From Trichoplax sp. H2 (lineage: Eukaryota): a stretch of 64,000 nt of DNA. The stretch covers positions 62,001 to 126,000 of the forward strand of contig NOWV01000122.1 of the NCBI GenBank assembly GCA_003344405.1, written 5' to 3'. This document shows, in pieces, positions 13,551 through 25,379 of the stretch. Position numbers and translations under genes: made by a program. Numbering within the stretch: position 1 is the stretch's first letter; each line of letters begins with the position of its first letter. The notes under the pieces were generated by a model, which was not told the DNA's origin, did no database searches, and saw only the letters and a program-made list of their open reading frames with translations.

Positions 13551-16500
13551 GTTGTTTTCCTAGATTTTGATTACTATGTCGATAAATAGAAGTAATGTGA
13601 TAAGATCGTTTTGATCTGTCAAGAAGCAAGATAGGAAGATAGTTAATAATTGAAAAAATGACCGAAAGATATTGCTGTAAAGTAATGAAATAGAAGACAA
13701 TATCGATCATGAGCAGTCAGGAATGGATTGCTGTACTCGTATGTCTGTTTTTTTGTATTATTTCTGTAATGTTTTTCATTATCCTATTTGTAATGGTTGT
13801 AGTAATAAGTTTACTAGTCCTGTAGTCGAATGAATCGCTGGAGTTACTCTAATACAATAAATTCACTTTATTAACGATAAACTACGATCAGCAAGTTATC
13901 TAAACATCGTGTAACTTAGTCGAGTTCTACCAAGACTATAGAGAGGCAATTAAGAATAAAAAGAAATGGTGAACTAATCCTTTCAATATGGGTATCTCTA
14001 TATTAACCGAGACTAACCTGTAATGTATTTGATTAATAATGATCCAGGTGATATCGTTTCTAGTTTAAAACTCTTACGTCCAGTTGAAATGGCGGGTGAA
14101 ATAACGATGGTAAGGTGACAAAATTTGGCGAATTTCTTTAATTAAAGAGACAATAGCTAATGTTTAGATTAGGATCCGCCCTAGTGGAGCAAGACAGAGA
14201 TGGAGCGCGTTTGATTTTGTCTATTTTATATAAATGAACCTGAGTAAAATGATATTTTATGCCCGATTTACAATTGTCTTGATGTTCGTTGGCTGGATCA
14301 AAATAGAGGATGGAAAAGCCAAATAGATGGAAGAGTAATCAAGGATGATGATGATGATGAATATGTTTTCATGAAAATTGCGTTAAAGGACAAGGACTCG
14401 GTTAATTTATTGAATAACCAGCAGACGACCCCAACTGGTTTATCATGAAATGATACTGTATCGTCAAATATTGGCATGGAGTTGGATTAGAGGCAAGTGT
14501 ATCCTTCCAATCTGGATATGAATAGAATTCAATCTATTACTGCAATAACCAATTAAAAGAATGATGACGAAATCAAGGTACAGAATAGGAAGAAATAATT
14601 TACTTTTGTCCTACATTGCTGATGTCATGTTGGCTTTGTAATGTTAATCTCCTATTTTGAATCACTTTTTTCTTTCCTCTCGCAACTCTGACCTATTGAG
14701 TTGATGACAGCATTGAACTGATCGATGGATTATCCTATCACATTGTGATTATATTTAATATCTTGGATACATTGGATAGGAGTTAACAATCACTATGATT
14801 CATCATCAAAACAGTGCTGATGAATGGCATTAGTAACCATATTGCCTATTTGAATGGATTGATGATTATTGAGTCGAAATCGATCAATGAGAAATGATAT
14901 TCAAGTGATGAAGACGAGATGATTGAGATTCTATCTCGTCTATTATGATTGTCATAAAGATGCAGTATTGACTCTATTATAACGATATTCTAGTTCAAGA
15001 TGGTATTGTTTATTTCCTTATGAATATCCAAATGATATCTAATTGCTTAATACATGAATCTAGCGGAAACAACATTAAAGCGTTGTTGATGCAAGAACCG
15101 CCATGAGTTGAATTGAACATAGTTGCGCCAATATTGAATTTGAATCAATCCGTCATGGGTACAATTTCAATTCAAATGGAATTGTTTGAGTGATTACAAT
15201 AACATTTGTTGCTTATGGGAGTGTATTCCACATTATCCTAAACGTTGAGATCATGAGTAACTAATTTAGTGTCCGATGTAGGTTTGGTAGCCATCATGCC
15301 TGTGCTGTATTTCGTAAGTTAGTACAATAGATTATCTTGGCCATGGATTAACCTTGATATGGTAGTCATAGCATGCAATAACTAGTTATCATCAGATCAT
15401 CTATTCTGAAACTGACTAATCATGATGAATAGATCTGTCCTGAAGCTTATTTACTTCGATAACTGGATCGTTGTATATTCACAAAGTGACAGGATAGAAT
15501 CGATGTTGACGTAGTTGGTATTCAATAAGTTGGCATTGAGTGTGTACGTAGTTTTATTACGTTTGGTTTATCAAGCAGTTGGTGTTGAATGATGGAGTCA
15601 TTCTGAATAAGGGAGACATGTTGATAGCAAGACAGTAATAGGATTTACTTTTTATTTAAGGGCTCAAGTTGCAAGCCTATGGAGGTTTTAGTGATATCGA
15701 TTCATTTCTGATGGACGTTTAAATGGAAAGTCAAATGGTAACGATGACTGATCGAGTTAATCCATCATGATTGTAGGCAGCTGCATTGAGTCAAGGAATG
15801 ATGATGGCGGAGTGTTGATGCTAGCTATAATTAACGAGTATTAGTTTTATTACTAAAGACAATGCAATAGACTTGAACAGTTTGGTATCGTGCGAAACTA
15901 TGCAGTAGTTCCATGATCATGGTAAGATGATGATGGATTCATTCGGTAGTGTAGTTATGCTCATTCTAGAGGATAGTATAACTCATGATTGCTTGAATAT
16001 TTCCTTGCGAGATCTGTTCTGTTGACCATTGATGATGGTTGGTACTTGACGTCAAGAGTTGTTATTCTGAGTCACGCGAACGTCGAGAGGGGCTAGATAC
16101 TCGTCTGTTATTATTGGCAATAGTGGAAATGCATTCAAGTTAATTATTGAAGCTCGTCATTGAACTTGATGTTGTGGCATTTTTTTAACCCACTTTCCTT
16201 CACTGTAGCATGGCTGTAGACGATTTCTCTTTCATCTAGCTCCATGCCAGTCGTTGCAATTGACCGTTAGTTTACAGCAGATTGTTAAGTTAGCTCGTGT
16301 TACTATGCAAAGGAAAAGACAGTAGCGCCACGAAAGATCAATTGGATCTGCACTCTACAGTCAAAAGTTGTGTGTAAGGAGAAGTGAAGGAGTTGATTAT
16401 ACTCCCTGAAAGTAGTTATCACAGCATGATAACCTACTAGCCAGCGGAACATCTACCGGATATACACTTATACAGCACAGTAGAAAGTTATGCGAGCGAG

Positions 16501-17426
16501 TTGATCGCTCTACACGAAAGTAGTTACTAGATAAATATTACCATGAGCCTCTAGCCCACACAACATGTACTAGATATACAGATGGTTGGGTCAAGGAGAA
16601 GCAAGAGGGTTGATAGCGCCACACGAGAGTAGTTTTTTTTACAGAGCAAAGCACCGTCCATGTTTTAATGAAGTCGATTTCGTTATGGTGCTAATGGCAA
16701 TAGGCGACCCATGTCAGTTTTATGTTGCTAAGTTACTATATATGCACCACAAGTTTTGACCGTAAGTAGAAAAGGACTACCGTACAGTAGACCTGCAGGT
16801 GTAGTGGAGATAGGGATAAGTAATCTATTAGTTTAGGGTAGTAGTTCGCAAGTTAAGTTTGTGACTAGTTTTGAACATTGCAAATGGCTATGGCTATGAG
16901 ATTGAAATAGTCTAAGCTGTGTGCAAGAGAAGTGAGCTAGTCCATTATTGCACCTGTGTAACAAGATTGCTCTACACGACAGTAGTAACAATACTAACTC
17001 ACTACGCTTCTCCATAACCATTGCATTCCTGGCGATAAAAGGCAGCATGCAATGAGATGATTTGCCAATCTATGCGTAGCACAACCTTGCAGCCAGGCAG
17101 GGCAGGCTACCAAAGAGAGTTGGATACTTTTCCGCCATGCTACAGTCGATCGGATTTGGGTGGAAGCTTGGATGCACAAGGAAGGTCGGAAGGCTCGGAA
17201 CTACGAGCTTCAGGATCCTGTACCATGGACTACAGTACAGACAGACATGGGGCTACTTTGGTCAATAAAATGGTGTCCAACACTTGACGATGGCAGTACT
17301 TTAGTTTGCCGACAGTCGATTCTAAATAGACTGATTATTTCTAAATTAAGTAATATTGCATTCACTGTTACTAAGCTCTGCTTACAAGCAGTCAATGGAC
17401 ATCATGAATGTTCTTCAAATGAATAC

Positions 17427-17646
17427 GAGTGATTTCGAAAACAGACACGCAAGATCTAGACTGAGTCACTGACTATTTTTCCACATTTTCGGCCTTATTC
17501 CATACAGTACGTTAGAATGTTTTACTGTGCTAGAAGAAGACTTCGACTCGGACAGACGGACATCTCTTACCCGATGAGGCCATACTGTCCATATGGAAAA
17601 ATGGCTAGTTAGTATGGATTTTCCGAGACTATTTTCGAAATCACTG
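17427..17646. mobile_element. Degenerate non-autonomous DNA element (MITE/foldback) with ~60-bp imperfect terminal inverted repeats
   Basis: Left arm agtgatttcgaaaacagacacgcaagatc...atttttccacat matches the reverse complement of the right arm, agtgatttcgaaaatagtctcggaaaatc...atttttccatat. No clear TSD. Confidence 0.45.
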
Positions 17647-17759
17647 GCACTGATTTGAATAACATCGACGATCTTATGGAACTGTCCAAGCGAAAATTGT
17701 TGTCACATAATCATATAATGTAATAAGATTAATCGAAATATGACTTCATGGAACTTGCA

Positions 17760-18100
17760 GACAAAGTAGTTTTAGTCCAAGAATAGTTAGTCAAAGCATG
17801 GTCACTTTTCACTGTACTGTACAGTACTGTACAGTGATAGTAATTAGACCTCAATCTTTTACAGTACTCGTCACTGTAAGACAACGTACTGTAGTTTTAG
17901 TCAAAGCATTGTCACTTTTCACTGTACTGTACTGTACAGTACAGTATGATAGTAATTAGACCTCAATCTTTTACAGTACTCGTCACTGTAAGACAGCGTA
18001 GTTTTTCAAACTAGTTTTAGTCAAAGCATTGTCACTTTTCACTGTATGATAGTAATTAGACCACAGTCTTTTATAGTACTCGTCACTGTAAGACAAAGAC
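17760..18100. repeat. ~120-bp tandem repeat, 3 copies, with variable TACTG/TACAG insertions
   Basis: Constant blocks gtcaaagcattgtcacttttcactgta and gatagtaattagacc...gtactcgtcactgtaagaca occur three times. Confidence 0.85.
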
Positions 18101-18384
18101 AGTGACTTGGATTTGAACTTCAGATTATGATTGGTGATTGATTACTCTACGTACATTTCGGGTAATTGCAGCAAATTGCTGCACAATTTGCCCAGACGAA
18201 TTTGAATTTTGTTCGCTGGGAGTATTTGGGGACACTCTGTACTGCATAACAGTCAACCTTTTCACTGTACTATATAGTAGGACTAGCTTTGCACTGGACA
18301 CACTTGATCCAAGACTGATCTTAGCGTCCAAAATGGATGAAATGAGCATTTGTTCAAGAGGCATGTAGCCTTGCATAGAAGGGC

Positions 18385-18980
18385 ATTTCTTGTTCTCACC
18401 TGGGCTTATAGCGACTTTCAAGACTTCTCTTTCTAGTAACTAGTACTGCAACATGATGGGGTCCGCAATTTGCGGTCTAATAGGACTAGAATACATTGGA
18501 AAGTAGCCATTTCATCAGGCTCTCCTTCCATGCGTCTTGCAAGTCCCATGAGCATAGCTATGTCATCTAATATACCGAATAGAAGAACATTTTTTGTTCT
18601 CACCTGGGCTTATAGCGACTTGCAAGACTTCTCTTTGTAGTAACTAGTGATGGGGTCCGCAATTTGCGGTCTAATAGGACTAGAATACATTAGAAAGTAG
18701 CCATTTCATCAGGCTCTCATCCATGCGTCTTGCAAGCCCTATGAGCATAGCTATGTCATCTAATATACCGAATAGAAGAACATTTTTTGTTCTCACCTGG
18801 GCTTATAGCGACTTGCAAGACTTCTCTTTTGTAGTAACTAGTACTGCAACATGATGGGGTCCGCAATTTGCGGTCTAATAGGACTAGAATATATTGGAAA
18901 GTAGCCATTTCATCAGGCTCTCTTCCATGCGTCTTGCAAGCCCCATGAGCACAGCTATATCATCTAATATATACCGAATA
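18385..18980. repeat. ~193-204-bp tandem repeat, 3 copies, directly upstream of NUP62
   Basis: The unit tgttctcacctgggcttatagcgact...ggggtccgcaatttgcggtctaataggactagaat...gtcatctaatataccgaata starts at 18391, 18595 and 18788. Confidence 0.9.
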
Positions 18981-19343
18981 TACAGTATATAATGCGCCTT
19001 CCAAGTCCCCTGCCATCTACAGTACTCTACACTGCCGATTCTACAGTTTAATGTACTGGAGGACGCTGCAAAGGACATGTCCGGACGTCCGTCGACTACC
19101 GTCGTCGACAGCCCATCACGGATCAGTAGACTACCTCGACTACTGTTGCAGGTGTGCAGGCATCATGGCTTGGTATAGCTGTTAATCTTGCAAGGTCGAG
19201 TGCGACTTGGACAGGCTCAGTCAGCGACTCCTAACCGCCATTCTTGTCCAGAATTCTGGTTAGCCTTGCAAGAGAATTTCGATTGATCGGCCATTTTTAA
19301 GCGCTATTTGGACTTGGAAATTAGTACTACAATACTGTAGAGT

Positions 19344-22300
19344 ATGGCTAATACACCGTCGTTTGGTGGTGGTAGTGGCGGCTCAATGTTTGGAGCAGGT
19401 GGCAGTGGTTTTGGCACCGCGGCCAAGAAGAATCCTACGGCCAATATGGGTGGCTTTGGCGCTGCCAACAATCCCAACGTTAGTGGAGGCAATTTATTTA
19501 CAGGCTTTGGTGGAAATCAATCCAACTTTTCAATGGGTCAAAATCAATCATCTCAGCCTTCTCAACCAGCTTTTTCATTTGGTCAACAGCAAGCATCATC
19601 GCAACCTAATACCAATACCATGCAGCAACAGCCACAGCAGCAGCAATCGACTTTTGGCGCTTTTGGCAATTTCAATCCATCGGCGAGTGGGAATAATAAT
19701 AATAATAATAATCCTACTGGTACGTTGGGCTTTGGTGCACCATCAAGTACAACAGCAACTTCTTCTGCCTTTACTTTTGGCAATACAGCACCATCGATGG
19801 GTGGCAAGACATCATTATTTGGTAGTAGTAATCAACAACAGTTTGGTAATAATCAACCCCAATTTGGTAGTGGAAGTACAAGTACTACAGCAGGATTTAC
19901 CTTTGGCTCCTCCAATCCGACGACAACGACCGCGCCGGGTGCTGCTGCTAACCCACAATTTTCATTGACTAACCCTTCTACGTTAACCACTACGACTACC
20001 ACTTCGGCCACAACTTCATTCTTTGCCAACGCAGCTGGTACTTCTGCTGCAATGTCGTTTAATACGCCTGCTGCAACAAACAATCCATCAACTGGCTTTC
20101 AATTCAATAGCAATACTGGTAATAAGCCACTCCAATTTGGTAATTCTACCCCAGCAACATCGGCGTTGAACTTTGGTAGTTCGACAACGACCAACACCAA
20201 TCCAACTGCAGCGACCACTGCCTTTAACTTTGGTACTCCAAAGACACAAACGGGTGGCGTAGGCAATATAACTTTAGGTACACCTAAAACCGGTGCTATG
20301 CCAGCGCTGACATCGCAATCGATCAATCCTGCCGCTGGATTCCAATTACAACTTGCCAGTAGCTCGACAACAGCCCCAACGCTTGCTAGTTCAGCTTCTA
20401 CTGCTACAACGGGTGCTATCCAATTTCAATCCGGTGGCATGAGTGGCGGTACTACGGCGACGACAGGTAAGATTCTGCTGTCCAATGATAGACTTTACGC
20501 CCAAGTAATTGTTTACGACTGTAAAATAAGGAAGGAATAACGTTGTGGATGGAGCATTTGCTCGATTAGAAAGATACGTAGTGCACCGTAATGATAGAAT
20601 AGGAGCAAATGTCTCTCTACTAGTACATAGATACCCATACACGTCAACTGTCTGATATTACTTGTGTGATCAACACTCATGATCTCAATTTGTTATTGAT
20701 ACATTCTAAACTATGATTTCTAGCTGCTAAGCCATCATTCTTTGCATCCACCAATACTGCGCCATCGACATCCACTCCTGCCAGTACTGCAGGATTTACA
20801 TTTGGATCTCTAACCACGACTGCACCGGCTAGTACTGCGGCCACCACGGGTGGAGCTAGTAGTCAATCATCGACAGGATTGAATTTTGCTCCGACTGCAT
20901 CAACAACATCTGCTCAAGCACCTCAGGGTTTCACATTTGGCAATATAACTGCTCCGACCACATCTGCTAAAACGACCAAACCGACTGTTACTTTCAATCT
21001 TCCTAACGATAAAACAACTGGTGCTAGTAGCGTGCCAACATCATCACAAGGGATTGCATTAACACCTTCAGCTCCTAATCAACAAGCAAGTGCTACGACA
21101 ACAACATTACCTGGTATGTACAAAATCTATCGTTATAGCATAAACGGTGTCAATTAGCCTACGTTGAAATTGATATGATTCGTAAGCCACTGTCTTGTTT
21201 TGATAGCTTCTACCTTTCCGTCGTTTCAACCTACAATGGGTAAAACAACAGCCGCAACATCTACCTCGGATAAATTAAATTTTGGTAAGAGTTGATTAAT
21301 GCTATACATTGGTTTAACGCTTTAACTTTACTAGCTACACTTTCATCATTTAATGCTACCTCTGATAAATTCAATTTTGGTAAGAGTTGATTAATGCTAC
21401 ACATCGGTTTAACGCTTTAACTTTACTAGCTACACTTTCATCAGTTAATGCTACCTCTGATAAATTCAATTTTGGTAAGAGTTGATCAATGCTGCACATT
21501 GGTTTAACTTTACTTGCTACACTCTTTTCATTTAATGCTACCTCTGATAAACTAAATTTTGGTAAGAGTTGATCAATGCTGCACATTAGTTTAACTTTAC
21601 TTGCTACACTTTCATCATTTAATGCTGCTTTGCGTACACAACTTTTCGTGTCTTGACAAGACCATTAATGTAGTAACCAGTAAGTATAGAGGTTAATTGG
21701 TCCAAACGATTGAATAAAAGACTCTTGATTGTTTAATTATCAATAGATGATGGTGATACTCTAATAGTGTTTGTTATATTACTTCATCTATTTGATCAGG
21801 ATTAACTACTACCGCAACTGCTGGTATTACAACATCAAGTGCATCAGGTAAGGTCTTGGCAGTATCATGCCTTACTAAATAATTTGCAATACACCCGGTG
21901 CAGACTTAGTCATCTATTTTGCGTTCAATTGACACTCTCAGAGTAGATTTTTATCATGAATAGAGCCAATTGTAATACCTGTATGCCATTAGATATTCGT
22001 ATTGCATGGACTAGGTATAAAAGTTTCTGTAACATAAAAGAACTAGTGAAAGAGATGAAAAGGATCCTTTAATCGTTCTATGACACTGTAATAGTCAAAA
22101 CGTTATCCGTAGCACTACAATGACTGCTAGTTTGTAACGGGTTCGTAGTACAGCAGAATGGAGCGAATAGATTGGTAGCTTATTATCTTTTGCATTAACC
22201 ATATTACAACAAATTCATTATAACTACCAAGTGATTCTCAGTAAAGTGACTACAGATGGTAAACGAATTAATTTATATAATTGAATGAAGATAAAGCCTA

Positions 22301-23742
22301 AGGTGTTGGAATTAAAACAATCACCGATAACGATTAATCGTATATGTAGTAGTTTTAAAGGGCTTTCTGAACTAAAGTAGTAGAAATTCCTTACCTTGTT
22401 AACAATGAAGTAATGTAGTAGCTTTATTCGGAATGAATTTGTGTTTGTGCGTTAATGAGCTAGACTTTGTTAAATGTAAATCTATTTATAAAATATATCG
22501 TCCATGAATGAAGGCATTACTCACTCTATCTTCAATATTCAATCATATATTGCAGATAAGACCTCATTTGCTTTACCAACGACCAGTACGACATCCAATG
22601 CTGCAGCTTTAGCAACGGGTTAGTTAAATACTTGGAATTACCAATGATTGTGATGATACACTAGTGTACGTGTAGATTGATCACTGTGTTACGAAAAGTA
22701 CCTGCATTGTTGAGAAATTGATTAATTAAGGACTTTTTTTCTCTTTGTAAATAGCTGACAAACAGCAGGGCAGGTAAGTCAGGCTTTGATAATATAAACT
22801 TTAATAAAAAGAGTCAATAACGTGCGACGCTACGTTACCATACTATAATTCCTATCTCTAATAATAATTATTTCATAAAAAACTTGACAGTCAAATGAAA
22901 TTAACTTTTCGACAGCTGGATGATTACGTCAATAAGGTAACAGCAGTGCAATATCATTAGCAATCTATCCTATTTATATTATCTAACAACACATGATAGC
23001 ATTTCCTTATGGTAATGATTGACCATGGTAAGAAACCTATTCTGATTATTTTTACATGTCATTATTGACAGTGGAGCGTAGAATTGGAGGAACAGGAAAA
23101 AGTGTTTTTGAAGCAAGCCGCTCAGGTTAACTCTTGGGATGATATCATAAGAGAAAATCAAAAAAAGGTATCAAAGCTGTGCTAATTCAAGATGATATGC
23201 CTGACAATCAGTTATCATCCCATGTATTTGCCATTTTAAAAAATTAGAACAAATAGTTATTATAAAATATTATCTTTATATTTATTTAGATCATAGATCT
23301 CAGCGACTATGTAGAAAATTTAAAAGCCGATCAAGATCGCTTAAATAGTGAACTAGACTTTATTGACACTCAACAACGGGAGCTAGAGCACTTGCTTTCT
23401 CCTTTGGAAACAACTGTCCAGCAACAATCTAGCTCGTTTGGTTCTCATCTTATTGACAAAGAAAGGGAGCAAATGTATAGCAGTGCTTGTGAACTTGATG
23501 TGCGCTTACAACAGATGTGCCACGATTTAACCGAAGTTATTGAAAAATTGAACAAGTGCTATAGTGGACAAAATAATAACCCTATGCAACAAGTCACTAA
23601 GATTCTCAATTCTCATACTGAGGCATTAAAATGGATTGATAAAAATGCTGAATTCTTAAAGAGAAAAGTGGATAATGTTGTAAGTCAATCTGAAATTAAA
23701 AGGAATGAACAAGAACACAGTTTACGACTCGTAAGTTTATAA
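19344..23742 (+). CDS. NUP62: Nuclear pore glycoprotein p62 (FG repeats plus Nsp1-type C-terminal coiled coil); exons approx. 19344-20466, 20724-21113, 21207-21284, 21800-21847, 22556-22618, 22754-22773, 22891-22936, 23071-23167, 23290-23742
   Basis: FG/FxFG and Ser/Thr-rich N-terminus. The C-terminus LTFRQLDDYVNKWSVELEEQEKVFLKQAAQVNSWD..DQDRLNSELDFIDTQQRELEHLLSPLE..ERE.MY..KILNSHTEALKWID is characteristic of Nup62. Confidence 0.93.
21260..21628 (+). repeat. 87-95-bp tandem repeat, ~4 copies, containing the NUP62 exon-3 end and its splice donor
   Basis: The motif ctacctc(g/t)gataaa..aattttg|gtaagagttga recurs, with donor GT at 21285, 21380, 21475 and 21562. Confidence 0.9.
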
Positions 23743-25379
23743 TTGCCTATATGAAGATCATTGACTGTAATGCGCTCAATTTAATCTCATCACGTAATCA
23801 TTTATACTTTTCAGGCTTTCGATTAAGACCAGATGTTAACATTTCCGGTTATGAAGAGTAGGCAACTTTATCACTTTAGACAACGGTCGCGCTTACAGTA
23901 TAAGTCAACATAATAATTTGAACATAATACGAACATCTTATTGCCGATGGTAGTCCTACGCATGTTTGCGACTAAACTAACTTAATCTTTTTGTAACATA
24001 CTAGTATAAATCTAAAAAAAAGCAAGCAATTTTGTTGCATTATTACCAAAGAACGGTCATTGTATTGTTCCTTATTTACTACTGATGATAAACTAACATG
24101 CTGATGAAATTACAAACATTAACAAATTCAAGTTAAAAAAATAGATTTAGTAAATAATTCTTATTAACAATGAAACTTTATTAAATCTCGCAAAATTGAT
24201 TGATAATGTACAGTATTATTGTACAAATAATGCGATGCCAACTATCTTTGTCAGCCATGAATGATAACTCAAAAGTGCGCCTACTGTAATAAAATTTTAT
24301 TACAACAAACTTATTGCATTCTAGTAACGGAATTTTAACGTTATTAATCAACGCAGCGTTTAGGCGATCGGTTGAATAGAGATAACGATCAATTCAACTT
24401 AACATTCACATAAAATAATTCAATCGAATATGAATACATTCGTATCTATACAACTTAAGCCCACAGTTGTGACATAGGACTAATAATACATTCTGATAAA
24501 TAGCTTAGACTATTGATAGCATCTACTGTTACATGGTTGAACTACTACATTGTAATTTTACTTCAGATAATAGTGTTAATAAACCATTTGTAAAATAATG
24601 ATAAAAGAAAAAAATTTCCTAATTTCTTTTTGGAAATAACTCCATCTGGAAAAGCAAGCACTCCAAGTAAATTATTTTACAAGTAAATGTGAGATTACAT
24701 AGAACTCGTGAATACAGGAATGTTGTACACTATCTCTGTTAGTAACATATGACCTAATACAGGCTGCTGTAGAATAAAGTACATTAATATCATAAATACA
24801 GTACTTTTGCATTTAAAGAACAAGTACTATATTCAAGTCAAATCAAAGAAATCTCTAACGGTAATTGAACACTTAATTACAATATATTCTTATAGAACAA
24901 ACAATAATGATAGTTTTATGACGTGACAAGTTTTAGCATTTTATGTTACGTCAAGTTAAGTGCATTGATATAAATCGTTTCAATATTTGAAATTCGATAT
25001 CACTGTTATAACCTAACCGATAAAGGTAGCCTTCAATATGATTTTAAAATAATCCATCATTTGAATAAAGTCGGCTACAACGTATTAAAGTAGTTCTATA
25101 ATGAATTGTCCATTGAAGATATTTTACAGCATAGATGGGTACGTATAAACATACACATGCAAGGTACGCGCATATCCAACATTTCTCGATACAATATAAA
25201 AAGCACCGTAAGCTAGATGTAAATACAAAAATTATCAAGCATATGATACAAGGAACTGCTTTTTAATGCCAAATACAAAGTGCATGAAGTGAGCAGGTAG
25301 GCGAAAGCGAAGAATAAGCTTTGCAACTAAGGTAATAGTGTATTGCAGCATCTGCAACCAATCCTATGTAGAGAAGTAC

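Noticed and set aside
13600-17430. Possible gene between the PTB gene and NUP62 (ORFs 16833-17432)
   Set aside because: Short ORFs with no recognisable domain or consistent splice structure; more likely 5' UTR introns or intergenic sequence with degenerate repeats.
19304-20326. Overlapping antisense and alternative-frame ORFs in NUP62 (similar cases at 8341-8902, 57933-58298 and 62439-63516)
   Set aside because: Shadow ORFs of low-complexity coding exons.
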